Shown here: one piece after another, positions 1 to 10,787 of the stretch | Layout of the letters: the number at the start of each line of letters is the position of its first letter | How positions within the stretch are numbered: position 1 is the stretch's first letter | Position numbers and translations under genes: made by a program | Notes under the pieces: model-generated | Databases searched by the model: none | Told to the model about the DNA's origin: nothing | What the model saw: only the letters and a program-made list of their open reading frames with translations | Assembly (NCBI GenBank): GCA_963719315.1 | Contig: CAVRBU010000009.1 | Location: 1 to 64,000 of the forward strand | Source: an uncultured Planctomycetota bacterium | Lineage (GTDB): Bacteria > Planctomycetota > Planctomycetia > Pirellulales > Lacipirellulaceae | DNA length: 64,000 bases | Direction of reading: 5' to 3'

Positions 1-592
1 CGAGTGCCCGCCCTGTACAAGCGATGCCAGATCGCATGATTGTAACAGCTCCGTGGGGGAATAGCGATGATGGCTTCCCAATGGTCACGCCGACGGTTGC
101 GTTGTGGAGAAGGGAGCCTCAAAAAGGTTGGTTTGCGGGCACCGGTCGACGTAAGTCGTGATACCCTTGAATCTTCGGTTGGAAACGTCTGAGAACCCAT
201 GTTATCTATCAAAGTGCCGAGGACTCATCGAAAATTAGCTTCTCGGTACTGCCAAGCCTGGACTTGCAACGACGTGGACCACCCGCCTTCGAAAGGTCCT
301 TACGTGCGTTGGTGCGACATACCGAGTGCAGTTTTGACTCTCCCCGTTTCGCTCTTTGAAGGCGCAGTTCCGGGCTGCCGACCATTCTGAGCATTTCCGT
401 GCGATCCCGCTGCAAATCCTCCAGCGTTGGTTTTCTTGCCCTCCTCATCCAGCGAATGAACCCAATCCAGGTATGGCTACCACGGGCGGACCACCAACAC
501 AGATCGCATAACGGACCACATCCGAGCAGCACCTTTTCCGGGCGTATTGGACTGCCTAAGCTACCACCAAGCCGTTTTGCCGGCTCGCTTCG

Positions 593-1947
593 GTGTACAA
601 ATAGATTGCCACATCGTCGTTTTTGACGAGATCGAGGAGCATCTTACCAGGATGGCTCATATCTTCCACCCCTTGCTGTTTCTTTTGGCTCGTTCCACTG
701 CGGATGATCTCCAGAAGCAGGTCGAGTTCCTAAAGGCCGAAAACGAGATGCTACGCAAGCGGTTGCCGAAGAAGCATATCTTTCTCGACTCCGACGAACG
801 GGCGAAGCTACTGAAGCTGGGGAAGGAACTCGGGCCTGGCATTCGGCAGTTGATCACCATTGTCAGCTACTCCACGTTCCGCCGCTGGGTTCGCAAAGCG
901 GAAGGCAAAGGCCCGTCTCGAAAAGGCCGTCCACGACTGGCGGCCATCGTGCGGGAATTGGTCGTGATGATCGCCAAAGAAACAGGCTGGGGCTACACCC
1001 GTATTCTTGGCGAACTCAAAAAGCTCCGCGTCGGTCCGGTTTGCCGGCAGTCGGTGAAAAATATCCTTATCGAGCATGGCCTTGATCCGGGACCGCGGCG
1101 CGGCAAGGGAACGTGGAGCGACTTCCTGCGAATCCACGCGGATACGCTCTGGCAATGCGATTTCTTCAGCAAGCGCGTCTGGACTCTGCAGGGGCCGCGG
1201 CAGATATTCTCAATGGTGTTCATCCATCTGGCCACGCGGCGAGTGTTCGTCACCCCCGGCTCGTTCCAGCCCGATGAGGCGTGGATGGCGACGCAGGCGC
1301 GCGCCTTCTTGGGCCACGCCGCAGTTGAGTCCCTGCCCTGCTCAATCCTCATCCGCGACCGTGATTGCAAGTTCACCGCAGGGTTTGACCAAGTGTTCAA
1401 GGAGCGGTCGATCCAAGTAAAACCGGTCGGTCCGCAAGCCCCGAATATGAATGCCTTCGTCGAGCGTTGGATTCAATCGCTCAAGTACGAAGCGCTCAAC
1501 CACTTCATCGTCTTCGGCCAGGAGCACTTCGACCACATCGTATCGGAATACGTGGCCTACTATCTGGACCGGCGTCCGCACCAAGGAATCGGCAACGTCC
1601 TCGTACCGCGACGGCACATTGAACTCGCCGAAGCTGCCGGCAATGCCGACGATGTAGCAGAACCGCTCTCGCTCGCCGACATCAACTGCGAGACGCACTT
1701 GGCGGATTGCTCAAGCACTTTTATCGCGTCGCCGCCTAACCGGCGACGTTCGTGTTTTCGATTCGGTTGTCAATGAACCGACGGGGCGGATCGATCGCGC
1801 CGGGGCCGCTTTGGTGGCCAATTCTCACTTGAAGAACGGCCTTCCAACGCCGTCGAATCTTCACATCCGGTGGCAATCCGAATCACTCGATTGCCTCGCC
1901 CTGCCCTTTACTGCCAACAACTTGCGGTTCGCAATTCATTTGTACAC
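593..1947. mobile_element. IS-like element (IS481/IS3-like, rve integrase type common in Planctomycetes)
   Basis: Imperfect inverted repeats GTGTACAAATAGATTGC (593-609) and GCAATTCATTTGTACAC (1931-1947), 15/17 match, bracket a DDE integrase gene. No target duplication is evident, so the true left end may lie further upstream (~185). Confidence 0.6.
652..1739 (+). CDS. Transposase/integrase core domain (rve) protein; C-terminal frameshift near 1699
   Basis: Motifs WGYTRILGEL, LWQCDFF, LIRDRDCKF, PNMNAFVERW and RPHQGIGN. The typical terminus GGLLKHFYRVAA* is in the adjacent frame and ends at 1739. Confidence 0.9.
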
Positions 1948-1951
1948 GACG

Positions 1952-2241
1952 TCCGGTCTCACAGAAGAGGAAGTTGCGTTTTACGATGCGTTGGCCGACA
2001 ACGCATCGGCACGTGAAGTCTTGCAGGATGACACGCTAAAACTGATTGCTCGTGAGTTGGCAGAACGGATCAAGGCCAAAGCGTCCCTTGACTGGACTCA
2101 ACGCGAGACAGTTGCGCCGATATGCGACGTACTGTTCGCCGGCTGCTCACCAAGTATGGCTATCCGCCGGATGCACAAGAAGGAGCAACACAGTTAGTAA
2201 TCCGACAAGCTGAATTGATGGCTGAAGGGATCGTAGCGTAG
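1952..2241 (+). pseudogene. hsdR: C-terminal fragment of type I restriction enzyme R subunit (DUF3387-like)
   Basis: GLTEEEVAFYDALA...LIARELAERIK...LDWTQRE, then after a frameshift RRLLTKYGYPPDAQEGATQLVIRQAE. It starts right after the IS right end and has no start of its own. Confidence 0.85.
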
Positions 2242-2446
2242 TGCTTCCATGAGATTTTCTTTCGAACAGGCGTATATGCGCGTGATTCTCGTCGAGCGTA
2301 AGCAGATTCCAATATACCTCCCTGAACCGAACCCTGTTCGGAACAGTTCGCCATTTCAAGTACCGAGTACCATTGTGGCGATCCGGTCAACAGAGTTCAA
2401 TGCCTATTTCGCATGGGAGGAGGGCTAGTACCTTGTAGCTAATTCG

Positions 2447-3646
2447 TTAGTTCAAGGGCTCATATCGGTACGTTGCCTCTAGTTCAACCACATTGGTGTT
2501 GGACGCCCCTTCTGTCAACTCGCGACAGACCTCTCGTTCCTCACTGTCTTCAGATATTCGCATGCCACCTTGTGCATTGCCGTGCTTCTCGAACGGAATA
2601 ACGGAATAAATGTCAACGTAGGTTCCGAATCAACATTGAGACATAGTACAACTAGCTGATGACCTTCGCAATTATTGCGAATCATCCACGAATTGTGCTT
2701 ACACCAAAGATTTGCTTTGCTGTCATTACATCGGATCGACACCGGTCCAAGCCATTGCCCATTCCGGTGTATCTCTGTGGCGTTGGCGAGCGAGTTACTC
2801 CGTTCGTTCTGAACAGCAGGTGGGGGATTGGGCCGTGGCGCAGATCCGCCACGGTTAATTCGGCCTGGAAACCTTGCGTCATAACACTGCCGCGTTAGCT
2901 CGTTGGTGGGTGTTACAATGTAACCTGTTTCAATGTCCCCAAGCATCATTGAATGATTGGTGCCATACAACCACCAATAAGCGCCAATGTAGGCCGAGAT
3001 AATCGCGTCTATTGCATCTTCGTTCGCCTTGGTAAAGTCCCGCAGATGTAAGAGTACGTTTCGTATGTTCGTGACGGGAAACGGCCCTTGTTCAAGAGTG
3101 CCGAGGAGATCGTGGGCTCGATTCCATGCCTCACGATTTCGCTTGTGCCGCTTGTACGGAAGTACGGACTCCAGGTTGAAGAGCGCAATTAAGGCGGGGT
3201 GGGGATAGCACTCAAAGTAATGCCGCCCGGAACATGATCCCGGAATAACCATCGGGGCGTGCTGATACTCAAGCTGATCGTGAAGCCCTGCAAGAAGCGC
3301 CAAATGCCAGCTTGGCTACCGTAGCAAGTCGTATTATTGGTGTTCGATGAGTGAGCTCCGCAACGGAAACGGCGCATTCAGCGCGCCCCGCAAGGTCTCT
3401 TTCTACTGGTCGCTGCCCATCCGGGTTTACAACTACGAGCCCTTGGTCGATGGCAAGTATGTGATGATCATATCCCGCGAAAGAATTGGTTACCTCTGCG
3501 ACGGCCTCGTCCCAATTGACAGGCCGGGGGCGTTGACGAATTCTCAAGGCAGGACTCTTTGGGTCCGAGATCAATTCAATGTCGCATAGCGAACCGTTTT
3601 GACGGCCACCCCATGCGGAATCAAAACCGGTAAAAATTGTGGCCAT
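2447..3646 (-). CDS. DUF429-like predicted nuclease (RNase H fold) with C-terminal extension; frameshifted
   Basis: Motifs GFDSAWG, LAIDQGL, RPVERDL, ECYPHPAL and EDAIDAIISAY. Indels at ~3300-3390 and an 8-bp duplication at 2592-2607 break the frame. Confidence 0.75.
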
Positions 3647-3686
3647 GCTTAAAGGACCTTCCGGCCAAAGCCCGTTTCCACGAGGT

Positions 3687-3932
3687 TTACAAAAGGTTGC
3701 GAAGCAGCAACACATTAATCCTGCGGTGTCCCCCAGGTGTGGGCCGCACGAGCTCACCGCCATGAAACTGTTCGTGTGAATCCACCAGTCGACGAATCTT
3801 GCTTTGACTGCAGCCGAGTTGTTTGGCAGCTTGGCCAACAGTTACCCAGTCAAGAGATTGGTCATAGGGAAAGTCTTCAATCTGAAGACCGATTGGATTA
3901 AAGGGGTAGATGCTGTGAAATGGATTTCGCAT
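3687..3932 (-). CDS. Helix-turn-helix (excisionase/MerR-like) DNA-binding protein
   Basis: WVTVGQAAKQLGCSQSKIRRLVD...PTPGGHRRI is a typical HTH_17/MerR-type signature. The start is uncertain. Confidence 0.7.
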   Translation of the reverse strand: MRNPFHSIYPFNPIGLQIEDFPYDQSLDWVTVGQAAKQLGCSQSKIRRLVDSHEQFHGGELVRPTPGGHRRINVLLLRNLL

Positions 3933-4516
3933 GTCACGCTTGTCACTTCCGCCAAATTCAATGCTCACCCAGGGACGCCGCTCCTCAAGGCTGATCCAAT
4001 CATCGAGTCGCTCAGGCCGCCGCACGGTGAGCGCTTTGAGCATAGCGCTTCACGCCCGGATCAACCACTGCTGTGGTCGAACGACCTATGGCGATGTCCC
4101 GGCTCGCGATCTTGCCGGTCGATTTGAGTCGATCGGCCCCGATTTGCCGAAAGATCTCAAATTCAAGTCGCAGTAACTCCGTGCGCTTGTTCTCCAGCGG
4201 CTTTCACCGCACAGCTCTGAGTCGCGCCGGATGTTTTACTCCTAATAGAAACGCAGAACGTGCCACTTTGATTACCAACTCCGCGAAATGGTGTATTGGC
4301 CACGCCGGTTGGCCGCAATGACCGATTGCGACACAGGAGTTTGTGCGTAGCGACAGTCTAGCTGGCCGCTTTCGCTGCGTCGAACCAAATTCTTCCACAA
4401 ACCTACCGAATCGTTGGTTCAACGAACGGCGACTGGTATGTATAAGAATGCTCGGTTTTCAAACAGTCGTGACCTCAAATCGCACTTACACCCGATGAAC
4501 GTTAAAGGAGGAGCAA

Positions 4517-4987
4517 ATGGATTTCAAAGGCATGATCGAGAACGTAGCAGATTTTCATCAGGCGATCGGCGCAGCCGTTGCCACCCATCCTGTGTTGCTG
4601 GGTCGTGACACGCCCAAGTGCCGAGAAATCGCCCAGACACTTCGGTCCGTCTGTGAAACATGTCGAGCAAATACTTCCTGCGGGAGCGATTTACTGCCTC
4701 GACTCGCGATGGCCCTGGAAGAGCTTGCCGAGTGGGTCGAGGCCCACGTGACGGGCGACCTCGTGGCGGCGGCTGATGCGTGGGGGGACCGGCTATACGT
4801 ACTGCTTGGAGACGCGATAGCGGCTGGCCTGCCGGCGGCCGACATTTTCGCGGAGGTTCATCGCTCGAATATGACCAAAGTTGCTCGGCATGCGGATGCG
4901 GCTGGCAAAGCGCAAAAAGGACGACGGCTTTGTCAAGCCGCAACTTGCCGTCCTGCTCAGCGCACCGATCACCGTCCGCAACTCTAA
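4517..4987 (+). CDS. MazG-like all-alpha NTP pyrophosphohydrolase (DR2231/PRA-PH-like)
   Basis: VADFH...EELAEW...AADAWGDRLYV...FAEVHRSNMTK...GK, with an AGGAG RBS. A probable frameshift at ~4920 puts the tail (GFVKPQLAVLL) in another frame, so the end is uncertain. Confidence 0.85.
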   Translation: MDFKGMIENVADFHQAIGAAVATHPVLLGRDTPKCREIAQTLRSVCETCRANTSCGSDLLPRLAMALEELAEWVEAHVTGDLVAAADAWGDRLYVLLGDAIAAGLPAADIFAEVHRSNMTKVARHADAAGKAQKGRRLCQAATCRPAQRTDHRPQL

Positions 4988-5467
4988 GCTCTGCTGTAGG
5001 GCACACCACCGCTCTGAGAGTAAGGACACTCTCAAAAAAACTGTCACGAATCTATCAAGAGCCGGGAAATCTCCACCAGAACGCGCATATATATAAGTGC
5101 CGTCTTGCCGTGTGACCTGTGGTGCTTTTTCCGCGGAGGTTCTGTGTTGTTTTGTTCGGTTGTTTTCGTTTCGTTCTATCACGTGCTCAATGAGCCGGGT
5201 TCCGGTCGACCGCAGCAAGGGCGTTGTGATCGTCCCCATCACGTTTCGTCCGTGTGCTCGTGTAGTAGACGTATGCGGCTTTCGCCGTTCTTACGCCGTT
5301 TAGTGCGTTTTTAGCGGGGGCTTTATGCGCAGCCCTTCGCTTGCCAAAAGAGATTATTCGCTTCGCGATTTTGTCTCGCGGTGCGCGCCCGTTTCGTCCC
5401 TTTCACCCCCCGGTTTTTGGCTTGTTGCCCTCCGTCCTTTTTCCGTTTTCACCCCGGAGATCGTCCA

Positions 5468-5887
5468 ATGACCGGTCCAGGCTATTGGCTCAATCCTGCC
5501 AACCAGAAGTGGATCGCGGTGACGCGGCACGAATTGACGATGCGCGACGCGTCGGCGATGGCAGAGCTGGGCGTTGCACTGGACGTTATCAACGCGGCCC
5601 AGCAGATCGCTCCATATGGCCACGATGCGGTGGAGGAACTGAGAATTCTGGGCATCCGGTCCGGGTTGATCCGCGTCCGCGATCAAGGCCTGTACATCTC
5701 GGTCCAGTGCGACGCGCCGCTAGACGCGAAGACCGAGCTGCTCCGCTTCGTTCGCTCGTTTTTCGAGGCGGCAGACCTGTGGCGTCCTTACGTGCGGGTC
5801 GGCAATCTGCGAACCAATTGCGAGGTTACTTACTCTTGGCAAGAGTTTGTGGACCGAGCCGCGGCACCAACTGGCACCAATCACTGA
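5468..5887 (+). CDS. Hypothetical protein (GYWLNP...H...GLIRVR)
   Basis: 139-aa ORF with GGAG upstream of the ATG and protein-like composition. It is the first gene of a co-directional run. Confidence 0.65.
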   Translation: MTGPGYWLNPANQKWIAVTRHELTMRDASAMAELGVALDVINAAQQIAPYGHDAVEELRILGIRSGLIRVRDQGLYISVQCDAPLDAKTELLRFVRSFFEAADLWRPYVRVGNLRTNCEVTYSWQEFVDRAAAPTGTNH

Positions 5888-5913
5888 CTCGCTTTGCCCG
5901 TCCCTTTAACGCT

Positions 5914-6486
5914 ATGGAGACCTACGCATTGAGCAATACAGCCTACCAGCGGAAATGGAAACTGACGCGCACGGCCGATTACCGCGTGGCGAATTGCCGC
6001 AGCAAAACAATATTCAAACTGCTTTTGCAAGTGATCTGGCTTAACATTCGTAACCTGCGCTACTTGTATGGATGGAAGCATACCGGTGTACGTTTGGGTC
6101 CGTTGTACATCAGGATGCCGTGGTTCAATCCGCCACTGCATGGATCGGAATTGTCGGTGGTGCTGTCTGGCAAGTGCCGCCGGAACTGCGCCGACGAGCA
6201 GCGATTATTGGACCTCAAACTGGGAATGACCAACTTTATGCTGTCGGCTATCGGATTGGTCGTGGTGGACCCTGTGGTGGGCGACCCTAACACGGAAACT
6301 GTCCCGTGGTGGGTCATCAAGATGCCGTACCAGCGGCGTCTGATCCGGCAAATCGAGCGGCAATTCGGTTGGAAGGTCGGCTTGGTTAACATAGTGGGTC
6401 CAGGCTACGCCAGGAAAAAGCGTTTGGAGCGCTGGCGGCACAACCAGCGTTCGGTCAAAGGGAATTGCCGAGTGCCGAGAAACTGA
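5914..6486 (+). CDS. Hypothetical basic protein
   Basis: ATG 26 nt after the previous stop; ~190 aa; no recognisable motif. Confidence 0.5.
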   Translation: METYALSNTAYQRKWKLTRTADYRVANCRSKTIFKLLLQVIWLNIRNLRYLYGWKHTGVRLGPLYIRMPWFNPPLHGSELSVVLSGKCRRNCADEQRLLDLKLGMTNFMLSAIGLVVVDPVVGDPNTETVPWWVIKMPYQRRLIRQIERQFGWKVGLVNIVGPGYARKKRLERWRHNQRSVKGNCRVPRN

Positions 6487-6593
6487 AATGTTTAATGATC
6501 GATGCTGGTCGAACCGCACCTGGGCAGCATCTCGGGTGCGGTTCGCATAGCCCAACGACCACAACAACTTCCAAAAAACTACGGGACCTATCA

Positions 6594-7989
6594 ATGCAGA
6601 ACAATCCGGTCAGTACAGAGTGGGATGACTCAGACCCGCGTTGGCGCAACACACTTTCCTGGAATACGTCGCCGACACGGCGGGCAAAAACGGCCGCTTG
6701 CCTCTTGGTGGGGTGCAGTCGGCAATTTTCACGCCCGATCAGCCTGAGGAATTCGCGCACTTTGCCGGACGATTCGCGGACTTGGGGCTGCATTACATGG
6801 ATTTGGACGAGGATCGTTTCTGGCAGCTTCTTGGCGGTCTAGCAACGAGCGGAGTGCGAGTTCCCGGCACGGGATTCGTCATGCGGGTCGTCCGGCCGTG
6901 GTACGCATTTTTTGAAAAGCGGGCGGGTGACTTTCCCATATTGCCACACGATTGGATGGAAGGTGTGCGGTTACAGACAGAAAACGCGATGGGCGAAATT
7001 GAGTGGATCGGCCGGCAACACAGCACGGCTCGCGAGGGGCAATTCGATCCGCGCTGCTCGACGAGATGCCCAACGGCTGGCGGCTCAAAGATAATCCACC
7101 CGAGCCACGACCGAATCTCCGTTTGCCGGCCGAGGCTTACTCGCTGTCCGTCGATGCGTTGCGCGAAAAGTCGGAGCGCGTGCTTGCTGAGCTCGCTGAA
7201 TTCGAGGAGCACCTGTTGCCGGCCATGGCAGACTGAGGACGCGACCGTAGCCTCCGAGCTCAATCCGAAGAAAGCCGTCCTCGGCAGTTGGACGGAGGCG
7301 ATCAACCACTTGCGCACAATATTGACAGACCTGTGCGACGCCCAGGATCGCCCTTATCTCGATCCTCGCGACTTCAACTTGTTCTTGTGGCCAGGACCTA
7401 CGCCCGACTGCACTATTGTCGCCAGCCGGATTCGGTGGCAAATGCCCTCAGCCTTGGATTTTGATTGGCAGTTCGTGTGCGACCACACCTCTATTCTGCC
7501 GGAGCATTGCGGCCGAAAGGCATCGATGATGTCGAGCGGTCGATCGACGCCGCAAAGCAGTGGATACTTAGCTGTTCCATTCGGGATCGACAACTGCCGC
7601 GAGCCATGCGTGAATTGCTTCCAATCATTGCCGATCGCGATTCGGAGTTCGCAGCAACGGCACTTGAAGTTGAAGGCTGGCGCGAACGAATTGAGACCAA
7701 TGCGGCTCTTTCGAGTCGCGAACGAATACTGGAGCTGGCCACGCTCGACGGTCAGTTCCGCTATGTCCTGCACCAGGCGCTGACTTCAGTAATCCCTGGG
7801 CTTGCAAACAATCACTTTATGCGTATTCGAGCGTACATGGATCACCCCGAACTGTGTGGAGAGTGTTTATGGAGCGTTCCCTTTGGGCTGATGGCAATCC
7901 TTACGGCGAAGGCCGAGATACTGGTGGACATTCGACATCGCGACCGTGGCGAAACGCCGGCTACAGACACCGTGGAATCAGAGGTCTAG
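6594..7989 (+). CDS. Unknown-family protein, tandem paralogue 1 (frameshifted)
   Basis: Pieces in ORFs 6465, 6641, 7003 and 7465 are collinear with paralogues 2 and 3 (WDDSDPRW, RVPGTGFVMRVVRPWYAFF, WIGRQHS, RIRWQ, LANNHF). Confidence 0.8.
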
Positions 7990-7990
7990 C

Positions 7991-9397
7991 ATGACTGATA
8001 AAAATTCAACCACCGCTTGGGACAAGACCGACAAGCGTTGGCGCGAAGTCTCCTACTTGGACTACCTCGCTGATAAACCCGCCGATGAGCAAGAACAAGC
8101 ACTGCGGCAAGTGATGCGTTGGTCGTGGGAAGGCACGATATTCGCACCGATCAGCCGAAACCATTTGCCGAGTTTGCCGGCTGCCGGGCGAACCTTGAGC
8201 TTCAAAAGCTGCTCGATGACGACCGGCAAAAGCAACTACAGCGCCAATAGCTGGAAGTGGCCTCGCGTTCCGGGCACAAAGTTCGTCTTGCGCGTTGCTC
8301 GTCCTTGGTACGCCTATTTCGATGAGCGAGAGGGAGATTTTCCGCTTCTTCCCCACAACTGGACGGAGGTCCTGCACGCACACAAGGACGGCTTCGGTGG
8401 CAACTACGAATGGATCGGCCGTCAGCACAGTTGGCTCGAATTCATTGTTCATTGGGAGCGCTACGAAGAACTACCGAGCGGCTTTCGGCTCATCACGCGG
8501 CCATTGCCGAAGTTGACTGAAATACGGCTGCGAACTGAAATTGAGCGGGTGCTCGCTGAAATCCGCGAATTCCAGGAACATTTGCTGCCGGGAATCGCGG
8601 CCAGCGATCCAGATCTTTTCACGGCCCATATGAATGCTGACGCAAAGCCGTGGACGGAGAAGCTGCGCACGATTAATGAATGGCAAAACGCGGCCAGCCA
8701 GCTTCGGCAAATTCTGGAGTCACAATTGATCGGGGCGCCGGGCACGCTCGATATCGCGCCGTTTAAGCGGTTCATGTGGTCAGGGCCGTCCATCGATTAC
8801 GAAGTGGAGACTGACCGAATCCGCTGGCAAATCTCGTGCTACGCGGAAGTGGACTGGCTTTCAGCGGTACACACGTATTTCCGACGAGACTTTGGCTGGC
8901 CACCGAAGGATGAAAGCCATCCCGGCTACTCCGTCGAAGCCACCAAACGCTGGCTGCTTGCCGGTTCTGTTCAGTCGGCACGATTGTGGAATGCGCTGAC
9001 TGGCGTACTGCCTGCGGTCGCCGACTACGATCCTGCATTCGCCAAGCGGCTCCTCAGTTGGGAGGACTGGTGGCTGCGGATTGCCACGGACCCGACGCTC
9101 AGCGAATCAGAGCGTGATGCAGAGCTGGACGGCGTCTGCAACAAACTCCATTTCAAGCTGGTGCTTCACAATGCGCTCCTGCATGTGATCGGCTCACTAG
9201 CGAGTAACCATTTCATGAAAATTCGCATCTTGCTCGTCCATCCGGAATTCGTGGGCCGCTATGGGCCACTTGTTCCTCATTACCTGCTGGCCAACCTTTT
9301 AGCCAAGGTGAAAGTGCTTACCGACATCCGGTCTGCATCGCTTCATAACACTGGCGAGCTGACTCGCGCCAATATGGAGGATAAACATGCCCGATAA
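7991..9397 (+). CDS. Unknown-family protein, tandem paralogue 2
   Basis: Starts 1 nt after the paralogue 1 stop. Motifs WDKTDKRW, RVPGTKFVLRVARPWYAYF, LPHNW, WIGRQHS, RIRWQI and LASNHF. Local compensating frameshifts at ~8148-8265. Confidence 0.85.
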   Translation: MTDKNSTTAWDKTDKRWREVSYLDYLADKPADEQEQALRQVMRWSWEGTIFAPISRNHLPSLPAAGRTLSFKSCSMTTGKSNYSANSWKWPRVPGTKFVLRVARPWYAYFDEREGDFPLLPHNWTEVLHAHKDGFGGNYEWIGRQHSWLEFIVHWERYEELPSGFRLITRPLPKLTEIRLRTEIERVLAEIREFQEHLLPGIAASDPDLFTAHMNADAKPWTEKLRTINEWQNAASQLRQILESQLIGAPGTLDIAPFKRFMWSGPSIDYEVETDRIRWQISCYAEVDWLSAVHTYFRRDFGWPPKDESHPGYSVEATKRWLLAGSVQSARLWNALTGVLPAVADYDPAFAKRLLSWEDWWLRIATDPTLSESERDAELDGVCNKLHFKLVLHNALLHVIGSLASNHFMKIRILLVHPEFVGRYGPLVPHYLLANLLAKVKVLTDIRSASLHNTGELTRANMEDKHAR

Positions 9398-10752
9398 GGA
9401 TGTAACCGCCGCTTGGCATCAAACCGACCCGCGATGGCGCCAGTTCACCTACCTGGACTACATCGCCGACAAACCCCACGAACATTTCGAGCTGCTGCTT
9501 CGGCAGGTCGTGCGGCCGACCTTCGCCCGATCAGCCAGAAGAATTTGCCCTCTTTGCAAGCTGCTCGCGCACCTTGACCTGTCGCTGCTGGAACTTGACG
9601 AAGTTCATCAGAAGCAACTCCTCTATGGATTGGCCGGGGACGGTGTGCGCGTCCCGGGAACCAGGTTCGTGCTCCGCGTAGCTCGGCCCTGGTATGCGAG
9701 CTTTCGAGGAGCGGCAGGGCGACTATACCACGCTGCCGCACAATTGGATGGAGGCACTCCAGCTCAGCAAACCCCGTTTGGGCGAGCAGTACGCATGGAT
9801 TGGACGAGACTGCCGTGCGGTCGAAGATATCGTGGACTGGTCGCGGTACGAGGAGACGCCCAGCGGCTGGCGGTTGAAATCCCGGCCGGTACTGCCGATG
9901 TCCGAAGGCCGACTCCGCTGGGAGATCGACCACGTGCTAAAGGAGATCGATGAATTCCAGAATTATTTGTTGCCGGAGGTGGCCGCGCACGATCCGCGAC
10001 TTTTCGCTACTCAGCACGAGTCTGCCGCGCCGCGATGGACGGACCGCTATCGCTCGCTTAGCGAATGGCAAGCGGCTGCTGGCAGCCTACGTGGCGTACT
10101 TGCGGCCGAACTCACCGCCCTGCCGCGCGCATTCAATTTCACGTGGTTTCAACAGTTCATGTGGGCGGAGCCCAATATCAACTACGTCATCGAGAACGAC
10201 AGGATTCGTTGGCAAATTGCATGTTTCGGCTCACTTGATTGGGCGCAGCTCGTGAACTGGACAGTCCTGCCAGACGAATGCCGGCCGCGGAATAGTGAAG
10301 ATACCGCCAGATCTGTGGAGGCAATGAAACGCTGGCTGCGGACCGGTTCGCCTCACAACCTCGTGCTTTGGGATTGTCTCGTGGGCGTCTTGCCGATGAT
10401 CGCCGATCGCGAGCCTGACTTCGCCTGGAACCTGCTCGATTTGGACGACTGGCGCAAGCGGGCCGAGGCAGTTCGATTTGCTAGCGACGTTCGTCGGACG
10501 GATTCCGATGTGGAACGGCATCTTACAAATGTGATTCACAATGCGGTTATCCATGTAATCGGCGCCCTGGCGAACAACCACTTCAGCGAGGTTAAAGCCT
10601 ACCTCGACCATCCTGCGTTCGTCGGCCAATCTGCGCGGCTTGTGCCACGCTACTTGATGGCAGTCCTGTGTGGAAAAGTGTACGTCCTACAGAAGCTTTG
10701 CCCGAACACCAGCATCACCGACCGCCGCTCCGGCGGCTGGAGCCTAGGTTAA
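9387..10752 (+). CDS. Unknown-family protein, tandem paralogue 3 (frameshift ~9700)
   Basis: GGAGG RBS; overlaps the paralogue 2 stop. Motifs WHQTDPRW, RVPGTRFVLRVARPWYA, LPHNW, WIGR, RIRWQI and LANNHF. Confidence 0.85.
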
Positions 10753-10787
10753 CACGTAGCTTCAAGAACTGCGAAGGAGGAACCGCG

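Noticed and set aside
1..590. Short ORFs at the window start
   Set aside because: No recognisable motifs; probably non-coding or part of the IS leader.
5242..5400. GGACGAAAC (minus strand, twice) as a hammerhead ribozyme core
   Set aside because: No CTGATGA/CTGANGA partner or supporting stems at the required distance.
5341..5913. N-terminal half of the 381-aa ORF
   Set aside because: It overlaps the T-rich tract and the better-supported 5468-5887 gene in another frame.
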